Source: Eledone cirrhosa (taxonomy: Eukaryota). Taken from it: a stretch of DNA of 64,000 bases. The notes under the pieces were generated by a model. The model searched no databases. It worked only from the letters and a program-made list of their open reading frames with translations, and was not told where the DNA came from. Below, one piece after another: positions 48,564 to 62,535 of the stretch. The position numbers and the translations under genes are program-made. Position 1 is the stretch's first letter, and every line of letters begins with the position of its first letter. The stretch covers positions 290,594,001 to 290,658,000 of the forward strand of contig OZ024741.1 in the NCBI GenBank assembly GCA_964016885.1, written 5' to 3'.

Positions 48564-49080
48564 TCCTCTCTTCCTTTAGCCGGGAAGGGCAGGCAGTTTT
48601 TATCTGTCTGGTGGCCATGGCGAAAGAGATAGTATGGTGGACACGTTTGAAAGGGCTGAAGACGAGCAATTACCTCTTCGGTGATGCCCTGATTGACTTT
48701 TTCAAATTTCATTTGAAAAGGAAAATCAGAGTAGAGAGGGAAGTGCTCTCTTCCCAGCATTTTGTTGAAAGATGGGTGAGAGAAGCAAGAATGGCCCGAG
48801 TGAATGGGCCTACTCTGAGTACGTATATGTAAATTAAAGGAGGAAAACTGGGAGAGGGCACTTGCCTTGGTGGTCAGGGTCACTGTGGCCTTTTACTGGG
48901 CTTTCTCCACAAATGTCCTACCGAAGTTTCCCCCCTATTGGGAAATTTTTCATTGTTATTTTTTGTTACATCCTCTGTTTTTGTTATTTACACGCAGAAA
49001 TGCCCATTAGTACCGTCCTGTATTGTCCTGAACTGTCCTTAATGTCTACTTTATGTAAACCCTTGTGGTTAATAAAGAAA
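48564..49080 (+). mobile_element. Tx1 family B copy B5 (B3-like 3' fragment), followed by (ATT)n at 49083-49121
   Basis: Colinear with about 39277-39792. Confidence 0.87.
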
Positions 49081-49121
<41 letters not shown>

Positions 49122-49419
49122 TCTGAGTTCAAATGTCCGTGCTGTTTGCTCTGATCAGAGCAAACAGCACGGACACTCTATCTCAAAATTATTTTTGAAA
49201 AGCATTTAGAAATGCGCAACCGGTAAAAACTTAAAAACTTAAAACCACAACTGAATACTAACCCATACAATCACTAATACTCTTTTATTCCTAATTAAAC
49301 CATTTTTCAACTGTGAACAATTTGTCAGCATTTTCTATTCCGTTTACCAATATATATATATATATATATATATTCATTCAAAATGTTAACAAAAATAGAA
49401 CTTCATTGTGATCAAGTAT

Positions 49420-49484
49420 ATTTTATTATACATATTTCAGAGGTACTGAGCTAACTTCAACAGTACGTCCTCATCAGATAAAAT
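49420..49484 (-). ncRNA. Minimal type I hammerhead ribozyme motif
   Basis: Minus strand: ATTTTAT-CTGATGA-[..GTACTG..CAGTAC..]-GAAA-TATGTA-TA-ATAAAAT; 7-bp Watson-Crick stem I and intact core. Confidence 0.75.
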
Positions 49485-49718
49485 AAGATGATGCATGACA
49501 TACCCTGACATAGTAGATGGTTAAGATCCAGTCATGGTAGCGAGTAAAATATGACAAAACTCAATATTTATATACCTTAAGATTGATAAATGAAAAAACT
49601 TACATATAATACATATAATACAGAGGGTGCGTGTAAGAAAGTTTAAAAATACATAACAGTAATTTACATAACTGTAAAACAAATTCTTTGATTTATTCAT
49701 TGAACCTTGTTTAACCTT

Positions 49719-49765
<47 letters not shown>

Positions 49766-50122
49766 ATAATAGTATGCCTTTCTTTAGGTTTCGTAATTTG
49801 AAGTTCGGCAAGTAGATATGGGTAAAGTATATACCAGGGGTGGTATAATCTACCCAAACCATCAAAATGGTGTTCCAGTATAGCTACCACAAACCCAGTA
49901 ACCCACTAATAGAATAGAAAAAAACATACACAAGTAAAGTCGTAAACACGTGGATCTTATGTTCAAGGGAGATTGGATTTCGTTTATGGTAATTTGACTG
50001 CTACACTCTGGGTATCAAATAACAACATTTGAGCCTCTTTATTTGGGCCGTTGGATGATTATGTATACGTCATGTTTCAAAGCAGTGGCTTTTACTCGCG
50101 TTGTGATATATATACTCTGGAG

Positions 50123-50257
50123 CAGCGGTCGATAACCTTTCGGACCTCCCGGACCACTAAGTTCAGCATTTTAAATCCCGCGGTCAACTAATATGAATTT
50201 AATAAAAAAAATAAATACATTAAAATTTTTCTGCGGACCACTGGTTTGCGCCCGCTG
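50123..50257. mobile_element. hAT (Charlie-like) MITE
   Basis: Termini CAGCGG...CCGCTG; 8-bp TSD CTCTGGAG / CTCTGGTG (1 mismatch). Confidence 0.75.
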
Positions 50258-50405
50258 CTCTGGTGTACATTATACACAAAGAAAGGAGTGATGCTAGAGC
50301 TGTGAAATCTTGCATGCATTAATTTCAACTCATCTTATTAACAACTTGAATAATAAACCTCATTTGGTCATTCCATGAGAGTATCTTGGACAGTCTATGA
50401 ACGTT

Positions 50406-50437
50406 TCAGCCTATGAAACTTTCAGCTGACCCTCGTA
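50406..50437 (-). mobile_element. Solo mariner-like terminal inverted repeat
   Basis: The minus strand reads TA-CGAGGGTCAGCTGAAAGTTTCATAGGCTGA, resembling TACGAGGG-type mariner ends. No partner TIR was found. Confidence 0.45.
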
Positions 50438-50688
50438 TTTTGAAAACGAGAATATAAATACTACATCTCATCAATATAAACAATTTAAACCACACAAAAT
50501 TATACAGTATTTCTTTATTCATGTAATGAAGTATAGATAAGACAACGTTATATTATTAAGTTTAATTTGCATTTCTCATATTTAGATAGGGCATTTTACC
50601 CAATTGAAACTTATAGTGATCGGCCATTTGCGCTGGGACACGGGCAATTCAAATTTTAGATGTTCCCAATGAATTTTAAGTCAACTGT

Positions 50689-51270
<582 letters not shown>

Positions 51271-51654
51271 CTTAGAGACACCCTTGTTTTGTCAAAGAAA
51301 GAGAGAAGCGTTAACTAATGTCACCGGTCAATTCCAGCGACAAGATGGGATCAATCGTAACTCAAAGGATAAGAACGTGTTCCTATCATACTAGCACGAT
51401 TCCAATTTTGAGTTGTTTATTTTCAATATTCATTTCATATCACTACCCTTGAACAATAAAGTCGTTGATTACATGTTTGAAAGAGCAAACTGTGCTTGTC
51501 ATCATTTCTGGCAATGAGAGGGACAAAGGAGTATCTGTAACTCGGTGCAGAACAAATATCGTAGAGAATTTCGTGCGTAAAACGCCAGTTTTTTATATTT
51601 TTTCCTGATTACTATATCCTTCGTCATTATCCCTCGCCAAAGATATATACATAC

Positions 51655-51950
51655 ATGATGGCTGCCCCCTCGTTATCGAGTATGGCCATTGCATGATATA
51701 CCATTATTAATAATTATTAATTAATTCTATCGTGCAATGCCTGTGCGTGAAGATATTTTTCAAAGTGAGGACAGGCTGTGCACTGAGACAATCCCACTCT
51801 CTGAGCGACCGTAGCTATAACCCGAAAAGAAGAAAAGATCAACATCATCGGTAACTACCGAGCTGCAGGTTTTATATCGGAGTTATCCCAGTTTCCTGAG
51901 TTGCCTTTCCTAGAAGAATGCCCTGACAAAGGCTAGGGGTCCTTCACTCC
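51655..51950 (-). mobile_element. Short non-autonomous RTE derivative (putative 5' UTR joined to the 3' terminus)
   Basis: The 39 bp at 51655-51693 are identical to the RTE 3' end at 4823-4861. The upstream part has GGCATTCTTCTAGGAAAGGCAACTC, recalling RTE 5' UTR motifs (from memory, unverified). Confidence 0.55.
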
Positions 51951-52280
51951 GCGCGGTACATGTGTATCTACATATTTACACACTTTTGGATAGCCGTTGA
52001 TTCTTATGAGTTCTTCTGCCCTTTGTCAGGTTTTGTTTTTTGTCTTGCAGGGTGTCCAAAATCACCCTCCTCACCAAGTAAACTTGGTGGGGTGGCCGGT
52101 TTAGTCGCTGACGACCCGACCGTGCGACAGGTTGTACTGGGTTATATGTTACCAGTAGCACTCAAGAGTGACTCGACATTCATACATACATAGATGTAAT
52201 AAGAAAACAAAAATAACAAAGCAAACGACACAGTACATTGAAGAAACATTAAATTAACACTTGAAATAACAGGCAAATAG

Positions 52281-52316
52281 TCTTAACTTTTCGGACGCTA
52301 GTCCTTCATCAGAAGA
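52281..52316 (-). ncRNA. Minimal hammerhead ribozyme motif
   Basis: Minus strand: TCTT-CTGATGA-A-GGAC tagc GTCC-GAAA-AG-TT-AAGA; stems I and II perfect, stem III vestigial. Confidence 0.7.
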
Positions 52317-52623
52317 TAGAATTAGAAATAAAAGATAAAATAGAAAAATAAAGCGTAAGAAGAGGATAGAACGAGAAAAAATTTCTGCACTTGTGGATCA
52401 TGGAGAAATTAGCCATGATTAAGCTAGTACCAATACTGAAGTGGCGTCAATCATATCATAAGTAAGCCTAAAATAATTCGACTTGTAGCATCATCTTTAT
52501 TGCAACCACAGATACACACAAAATAAAGAATTATAAAAAAAAGACGAAACAATCCAGTTTTAACAGAAACGGTCTCCTTCTCTTAATTCCTTTTTCTCTT
52601 TGGAACTAACAACATTCTCTAGC

Positions 52624-53293
52624 ATGGGTAACTAGTCGGGACACAGATATTCCACGGGAAATCCCTCAACTCTATATGTAGTACACTAATGTACTTAAAG
52701 CATCAAATATGACAAATTTACAAAAGAGATGGAATGGCGCGTTTAACCAAACAGGTTATCGATAGGTTGATTCAATAAATAACAACCCAGGAATTTGGAC
52801 AAGTGGAATTGTTAGAAAATGTTGGTTAAAATACCTTGTGTTAGTTGTCCAGCATTTTATATTCTCATTTCATAGGCAGGAAAGGTAACATATCTATATT
52901 ATAGTTAAAAACTATGAATATTATCAACTTATAACTTAGATATAGACAAGGTTACCCCACTTACCTTAGAAATGTGGATCTGGTTATAATAAATATAACT
53001 ATGTTATAGAATCTATAATATAGATATGTTACCTTTCCTGCCTATGAAATGAGGATATAAAATGCTGGACAACTAACACAAGGTATTTTAACCAACATTT
53101 TCTAACAATTCCACTTGTCCAAATTCCTGGGTTGTTATTTATTGAATCAACCTATCGATAACCTGTTTGGTTAAACGCGCCATTCCGTCTCTTTTGTAAA
53201 TTTTTCATATTTGATGCTTTAAGTACATTAGTGTACTACATATAGAGTTGAGGGATTTCCCGTGGAATATCTGTGTCCAGACTAGTTACCCAT
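52624..53293. repeat. Long inverted repeat, 281-bp arms (52624-52904 / 53013-53293), 108-bp spacer
   Basis: Arms are reverse complements with only a few substitutions. Confidence 0.92.
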
Positions 53294-53297
53294 TGTG

Positions 53298-53360
<63 letters not shown>

Positions 53361-53545
53361 CCAGGGAGTGTAACCTGAAGTTACTGTTGGTTCACCCAGG
53401 TGAGTACTCGATGTTTAGGTTCACGTCTGTGGCGATCTGGTCCGACTCTGGAATCAAAAGCTCGTCGGACCTCTGTTGTAGTAATAGCCATTACTACTAG
53501 CTGACGAAACGGCAGGAGCTCAGCCGTCGGGTTCCTGACTCTTTT

Positions 53546-53612
<67 letters not shown>

Positions 53613-53997
53613 TGTATATATATATATTTATATATATATACCTTCTCACACAGTCAAACAAATACAAACACACGCACACATATATGGTCGAATATGTGCA
53701 CGTGTGTGCGAAAATGCATGCACATGTATGTAAGAATAGATAGATGCATGCATATATAGACTGACCGAGAGTAGGAGTATGTGTGCGAGAGAGAAAAAAA
53801 GTGGTGGGGAGGGATAGAACTGGTATGAGAGATATAAGGAAAAATAAAATGAATGAGAACATTAAACTGGAGAACACACACACTCACAGACACACGCATA
53901 AATCGATGGACGAACATTTTTACATACATACGCACGCCTGTTTGTTGAGGTTATGTGATTGGAATGGAAGTGGGTGGGTGCGTATTTACATAGGCGG

Positions 53998-54044
53998 GAG
54001 AGAGAGAGAGATAGATTGAGAGAGGAAGAGGGGCAGAGAAAGAG

Positions 54045-54079
<35 letters not shown>

Positions 54080-54088
54080 TAGATAGAT

Positions 54089-54157
<69 letters not shown>
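53998..54157. repeat. (GA)n/(GATA)n microsatellite
   Basis: Direct observation. Confidence 0.9.
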
Positions 54158-54160
<3 letters not shown>

Positions 54161-54585
54161 CAGAGAAAGAAAAAGAGAAAATGAAAAAGAGATTTAGAGG
54201 TTAGGGGAAGTCAGAGAGTGAGAAATGATATAATAAAAGCGATATAAAAAGAAAGAGATAAGAAGAGAAAGAAAGATTGAAAGAACGAAAAGAAAAAAAA
54301 CAAAACAAGGAAAGAGAGTAAGCTTCAGTAAAATGAAAAGAGCGTGAGAAATATGGAATTTTTTACCAAAATGTATTCATAAGTGATGGGAAAAAATTAG
54401 GTCTAGTTATTTAGACGTATGGATTCTATTCACGCCTGTTATATTTCCTAATAGACAGATATTTACACATGCCCATACATTTATAGACTCACACAGACGC
54501 ACATACAACAAGCAGATTTCTATGCAAAAATACTAATACATTCATATATATATACATATAAATAGAGAGAGAGAAATACATGTTT

Positions 54586-54617
<32 letters not shown>

Positions 54618-54911
54618 CTATATATATATGAAGACCTAACAAATCGTCCTTTTTATTATTATTAGTATATATATATATATATTTATGTGTGTTTGTGTGT
54701 GTGTGTGTGTGAGTGTGTGTGTGTATGTGTGTATGTGTGTGTTATGAAAGTAAATGAGTGAATGTTCGAACCTATGTATGAATGTCTAATAAAAAGCAAA
54801 TATGTACATACGAGGTTCACAAAAACACACACACACAGATACAGATACGTATATATATATAATAAATATATATATATATATACATACTCTCACTCTCTCT
54901 CTCACACACAC

Positions 54912-54943
<32 letters not shown>

Positions 54944-55158
54944 GGGAAGAGTGAGAGAGAGAGAGAGAGAGCGAGAAACAAAGAGACAAAGAGAGAAAGA
55001 GTTGCATACGGAAAGTATGAATTACGTGGGTCGAACGAACAAAAGCCTCCATCTTCCTCTTCGGCTACCCCCTAATACGTCTCTCAATCTGTGTTTGTGT
55101 ATGTGTGTGTGTGTGTGCCTGAGTGTCTGTATATGTGAGTGTGTGTGTGTGTGTATCA

Positions 55159-55330
55159 TCAGTATCGGTAGACCGTCATACATGTTTTGCAGCATAGAGT
55201 TATGGACCTTTACGTTCTAAGTTCAAATCCCGCAGAGGTTAATTTTGTCTTTCATCCTTACATGGTCGATAAAATAAAGTACGAGTAATGCACTGGGATA
55301 ATTGCTGGCCTTGTGCCAAAAGTAGAAACA
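55159..55330 (+). mobile_element. tRNA-derived SINE (diverged)
   Basis: B box AGTTCAAATCC, conserved body and AGTAGAAACAATTATT end. Confidence 0.82.
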
Positions 55331-57112
55331 ATTATTTAATAGATTATTTTGGAAATGCCTAGAATCTAATATATTTTAAATATAAGTATGCATACGTACA
55401 TACAAATATGTATACAGACGTACAGTAGTATATATATACATGCACACATATATATATGTACGTATGGATTTACCGAACATTTATTATAATGCTCGGTTTG
55501 TTTGTAAACAAACATCCCGAATTAAGCCGTACAGTGTTTAGCAACCATCGTTGCTCTTTTGTTCAACACTGACAAAGGAACGGTGTACTAGTTTCAAGCT
55601 TATTAGCTATCGTCAGCACCGTATACCTTCCTGCCAGATAATTGAACGTCTGAAAGTTTATACTTTCCTTATGCATATTAACGGCTGAGCAGCCTTATTT
55701 GCATAGCGAGTGAGTTAATCGGCCGGGCGCAATAAGTAATCCGTCAATCGATCTCTACAGCTGTACAACGGTTTATTCTATCACCACCACCTTCTAAACA
55801 CCACTGCACCTATTCTTGAGAAACTTGAGTTTTGAAAATGTTGTGGTGTTTCCCAGGTGGTATTGATATAACAAGCCGGTATAGAGTTGTAGATGTCGAT
55901 TGATGAAGTAGTCATTAAGTTTGATATAGGCTGTTGAAGTATTGAAGTTGGAGACATCATCACAGTATCAAATGCTTTTCGAAAGGCAATTGCTCTCTAT
56001 GGAGCAAAGCACTATATTTAGGCAATTGCATGCCGTCTTACCTTACTATACATTTGTAAGTAATATTTTTTGTATTGGATTTTAACCGCACACACTTGGG
56101 ATGTATAGTCACCCAAGAAATATTTTCTACTTCGGAAGAAAAAATGTTCGCCAACATGAGACAAACATGGATATAAATGCTTTATTTCATAGACAATGAA
56201 ATATAACAGATTCTATGCATTTCTAAAATAATGTATTAAACAATGTTATACGCACAGAGACAGACAGATAGACAGACAGGCGCGTGTGGAGGTGGCTGAA
56301 ATGGAATATGTATTCTTTTGTTCATTCGCCCCATGTGTTTCTTATATATATATATATATACTTCAATACATAAACAGAGAAAGCCTTAAGCGATACTCCG
56401 CCCAACTCCATCTCACTCAACAAACATTAGGATATACCTAAGTATTATCCCAATTTAGTGTTTGTGGTGCTAACTAATCAGTATTTCGTGGATAGCTGGT
56501 TGTATTATTTTACATGAGACATTATTAAATAAATATCTCTTTCCTTCCAGATGGCCGTTTCGTTATAAGATTTCTACAATTTGTGATAAATAATTTCCAG
56601 GTTATGTAGAAACTTGTATATAATCCATAGTTTTATACACAAGCGGACCCTTATAAACTCATCAGTGGATGCCCAAATAATATCGATATAAGAATTATAT
56701 CGACATTAATAGAATGGTGATGGCCTCCCTCAGTCTAAGAAGAGACTGGTAGATTAGAAAATCCAGCAGTCCTCCCAAAGATAAAATACACGATGTCGCG
56801 AAAAGGGTAAAGGGAGGTCATCTTAAAATAAAACAATATACACGCTGGTCATTTAAACCTGTTAGGTATTAACCACGTGTATAAGAACTCAATTGGATAT
56901 TAAAAGAATAACTATATGTATACACAACCAATGCTCATACAACAGAGATATTAAAACATAATAAATACATGTATGGATCACCCATATACACACATAGCCA
57001 TTCTCTAAGGCTAAATCAGACATGGGATACAAGGAAGATCAATCAGTATTTCATATAAAAAATAATAATAATAAAGAGAGTCATACCTTATATCTGATCA
57101 GGCCACCATGAG

Positions 57113-57154
<42 letters not shown>

Positions 57155-57204
57155 CAGACAGAGGGAGAGTGTGAGAGAGAGAGGGAGAGAGAGAGGGAGA
57201 GAGA

Positions 57205-57274
<70 letters not shown>

Positions 57275-57589
57275 ATAACAGATGAGATTGGAAATAGCTC
57301 GGAAAATATATTATTAAGGGTCTGTTTTTTCTTTTTTTACATTTTTTTGATTCGTCATTATTGAAAAAATGAGTGGCACAATATAACTCTTTTTTAAAAA
57401 GAGTTTTATAATATATATGAAGTATATAAAGTATAACCGGTTTCGTTGTATTAGTAAAATTCATCTTATAAAATGGTGATTATTACAATTAAAGAATTAA
57501 AAAAGCTAAAAATTAAAGATTTAAAATTAAGTGTTGAGGTAAGTCTTTTTCATCTTCCTTGCTGAGAAGAAAACTGGAAAAATGTATAT

Positions 57590-57630
<41 letters not shown>

Positions 57631-57710
57631 CATACACACACATATATATATATATATACACAGGTATACTCACGAGACATTGGATCTTTTATCAGAATCA
57701 TTTATTTAAC

Positions 57711-57985
57711 TCAGATCGATACGAAATTCCAGCCTCCCTCAAAGTAAGATCCCCTAACTTTAATACACTTGTTGTAGTGCTCCAGCCATTTCTGGAAGGT
57801 CTCCACATCCTCAAATCGGATACCCCTGAGCTTCTCCGTTAGCTTCAAGAGCATCCAGAAGTTACATGAGGCTATGTCTGGATTGTAGGGAGGATGAGAG
57901 ACGGTCTTGATCTCTATATCGGACAAGTAGTTGCTCACCAGGAGGAATTGTTCTAGTGCAGGTGCTACTGTCCAGACTACTGACC
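57711..57985 (-). pseudogene. Mariner transposase C-terminal remnant
   Basis: HPPYNPDIASCNFW (cf. HPPYSPDLAPSDF), KLRGIRF, W..YNKCIKVRGSYFEG. Confidence 0.85.
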
Positions 57986-58298
57986 AAAACCTTTACATAG
58001 TACTCTTTATTTACTGTTTCACCATTCTGTATAAACCTATTGACTTCCGGTCATATAGCACCTTCCTAAAACTGGCATAACATTTGTCTTCTGGACACTT
58101 GTACAACTCCTTGTATTTAATTTACCGCAAATATTACTATGTAACATCTCAACACTATCCTAAAATACACTGACATTACTACACAACACCTGTGAGATAT
58201 CACACAACAAATCCGTACTATCATATGATGTACATGCACTACTTTATAACACTCATTAATATATAACATATTAATGAGTGTTATAACGTAGTGCATGT

Positions 58299-58480
58299 GG
58301 GTGGATTGGCAGTATCAGTAGAGGGACGGACGCCATGCTTTCCAGCATAGTTACGTCCCTTTACGATCTGAGTTCAAATCCCGCCGAGGTTGACTTTGCC
58401 TTTCATCCCTACGGGGTCGATAAAATAAAGTACCAGTAATGCACTGGGTAATTGCTGGCCTTGTGCCAAAAGTAGAAACA
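58299..58480 (+). mobile_element. tRNA-derived SINE with 20-bp TSD and a 24-bp inverted copy of the flank at its 5' junction
   Basis: TSD ATTAATATATAACATATTAA at 58255-58274 and 58481-58500. Confidence 0.9.
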
Positions 58481-58819
58481 ATTAATATATAACATATTAA
58501 CAGACAGTAACAACTCTTCTAATTAATAAATCAACATTGCAGCACAACAGTAAGATTACTACACAACACACCAACACCTTCACACGGGTAACCCACAGCA
58601 TTACCCAGACTTGTCTACTCTCCCCGTTCGATGGGGAAACCTCCCGTCCACTTTGAGATGGTTGTGAGATGTCTTCTCTTGTGAAAATGGGTATCACTGT
58701 CATTATTTAATATCTCCCCATTTTACCTCATTTCTGCCCATTTTGGGGCACTTTTGTTTGGGTTTTTTGATGCTGGCAGGTCTGATTACCATGCAACACT
58801 TCAACATTATAACACAACA

Positions 58820-59005
58820 GGCGGTGGATTGGTAGTATCGGTAGAGGGTCGGACACTCTGCTTTGTAGCATTGAGATACAGCCCTTTAGGATCTGAGTTC
58901 AAATCCCGCCGAGGTTAACTTTGCCTTCCATCCTTATGGGGTCGATATAATAAAGTACCAGTAATGCACTGGGTAATTGCTGGCCTTGTTCCAAAAGTAG
59001 AAACA
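58820..59005 (+). mobile_element. tRNA-derived SINE, full length, 14-bp TSD
   Basis: TSD ATTATAACACAACA at 58806-58819 and 59006-59019. Confidence 0.9.
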
Positions 59006-59379
59006 ATTATAACACAACATTACCACATTACACATCTATGTTAAAAACAATACATCGACACTACTATTCGCCAAATAACATTACCATACAACACACAACG
59101 TCACCACACAACACATTTAGTATTATCACATTACATATCAACAATGCTACTGAACACTCAACATTACCACACAACACGGCATTATCACATACCACACACC
59201 ACACAGCATCAACACAAACCCCACAACACTAACACACAACACGGCATTACCATACAAAATAAATCATCACTACACAACACACATCATTACCATACATCAC
59301 ACATCCCACAACATTATCCCACAACACATCAACATCACCACTCAACTTTACTATACAACCACAACAACACCATCGCCAC

Positions 59380-62300
59380 ATGCCACACAACATTACCACA
59401 CAACACACAACTTTACTCCACAAACAACACATCACTATCGTTATAGCCCACAATATTACTACACAACACAACATTACCACACAATATTACTACACAACAC
59501 AACATTACCACACAATATTACTACACAACACAACATTACCACACAATATTACTACACAACACAACATTACCACACAACATTACTACACAACACAACATTA
59601 CCACACAACATTACTACACAACACAACATTACCACACAACATTACTACACAACACAACGTTACCACACAACATTACTACACAAAACAACATTACCACAAA
59701 ACACAACATTACTACATAACACACAATATTACTACACAACACAACATTACCACACAACATTACTACACAAAACAACATTACCACAAAACACAACATTACT
59801 ACATAACACACAATATTACTACGCAACACAACATTACCACACAACATTACTACACAACACAACATTACCACACAATATTACTACACAACACAACATTACC
59901 ACACAACATTACTACACAAAACAACATTACCACAAAACACAACATTACTACATAACACACAATATTACTACACAACACAACATTACCACACAATATTACT
60001 ACGCAACACAACATTACCACACAACATTACTACACAACACAACATTACCACACAATATTACTACACAACACAACATTACCACACAACATTACTACACAAA
60101 ACAACATTACCACAAAACACAACATTACTACATAACACACAATATTACTACACAACACAACATTACCACACAATATTACTACACAACACAACGTTACCAC
60201 ACAATACTACTACACAACACAACATTACCACACAACATTACCACACAATATTACTACACAACACAACGTTACCACACAATACTACTATACAACACAACAT
60301 TACCACACAACATTACTACACAACACAACATTACTACATAACACACAATATTACTACACAACACAACATTACCACACAATATTACTACACAACACAACAT
60401 TACCACACAATATAACTACACAAAACAACATTACCACAAAACATTACTACACAACACAACGTTACCACACAATACTACTACACAACACAACATTACCACA
60501 CAACATTACTACACAACACAACATTACTACATAACACACAATATTACTGCACAACACAACATTACCAGACAATATTACTACACAACACAACATTACCACA
60601 CAATATTACTACACAAAACAACATTACCACACAACATTACTACACAACACAAAACATTACTACACAACACAACATTACTACATAACACACAATATTACTG
60701 CACAACACAACATTACACACACAACATTGCTACAGAACACACCATTACCACACAACATTACTACACAACACAACATTACCACACAATATTACACAACACA
60801 ACATTACCACACAATATTACTACACAACACAACATTACCACACAACATTACCACACAACACACAACATTACTACCCAATACAACATTACCACACAACACA
60901 CAACATTACTACACCACACAACATTACTAACAACACAACAATTACCTACACAACATTACTTAAACAACACATTACTACACAAACACTACTACACACACAA
61001 CACTACACAAATACCACACAACATACTACACAACACACACGTTACCACACAATACTACTACACAACACAACATTACCACACAACATTACTACACAACACA
61101 ACATTACTACATAACACACAATATTACTACACAACACAACATTACCACACAATATTACTACACAACACAACATTACCACACAATATAACTACACAAAACA
61201 ACATTACCACAAAACATTACTACACAACACAACGTTACCACACAATACTACTACACAACACAACATTACCACACAACATTACTACACAACACAACATTAC
61301 TACATAACACACAATATTACTGCACAACACAACATTACCAGACAATATTACTACACAACACAACATTACCACACAATATTACTACACAAAACAACATTAC
61401 CACACAACATTACTACACAACACAAAACATTACTACACAACACAACATTACTACATAACACACAATATTACTGCACAACACAACATTACACACACAACAT
61501 TGCTACAGAACACACCATTACCACACAACATTACTACACAACACAACATTACCACACAATATTACACAACACAACATTACCACACAATATTACTACACAA
61601 CACAACATTACCACACAACATTACCACACAACACACAACATTACTACCCAATACAACATTACCACACAACACACAACATTACTACACCACACAACATTAC
61701 ACACACAACATTACTACAGAACACAACATTACCACACAACATTACTACACAACACAACATTACCACACAGCATTACTACACAACACAACATTACCACACA
61801 ACATTACTACACAACACAACATTACCACACAACATTACTACACAACACAACATTACCACACAGCATTACTACACAACACAACGTTACCACACAACATTAC
61901 TACACAAAACAACATTACCACAAAACACAACATTACTACATAACACACAATATTACTACACAACACCACATTACCACACAGCATTACTACACAACACAAC
62001 ATTACCACACAACATTACTACACAACACAACATTACCACACAACACACAACATTACTACATAACAGACAACATTACTCCACAAACAACACATCACTATCG
62101 TTATACCCCACACAACATTACCACACAACACACAACATTACTACACAACATTACCACACAACACACAACATTACTACACAACATTACTACACCACACAAC
62201 ATTACCACACAATATTACTACACAACACAACATTACCACACAACATTACTACACAACATTACCACACAACACACAACATTACCACACAACACACAACATT

Positions 62301-62535
62301 ACTACACAACATTACTACACCACACAACATTACCACACAATATTACTACACAACACAACATTACCACACAACATTACTACACAACACAACATTACCACAC
62401 AACACACGACATTACTACATAACAGACAACATTACTCCACAAACAACACATCACTATCGTTATACCCCATACAACATTACTACACAACACACAACATTAA
62501 TACATGCCCCACAACATTACCACACAACACACAAC
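59380..62535. repeat. Minisatellite, unit about 31 bp (ACACAACACAACATTACCACACAATATTACT), with a 773-bp higher-order duplication
   Basis: Direct tandem repetition. The rare variant TTGCTACAGAACACACC occurs at 60727 and 61500. Confidence 0.92.

Noticed and set aside
51965-52185. Possible LINE 5' UTR or other interspersed repeat remnant
   Set aside because: Looks repeat-like, but there is no second copy or diagnostic motif in the window, so it was left unassigned.
53498-53545. Hammerhead starting at CTGACGA
   Set aside because: No GAAA follows the putative stem II and no stem I is present.
59380-61943. His/Thr/Gln/Tyr-rich ORFs
   Set aside because: Minisatellite translations whose frame shifts with each 31-bp unit.
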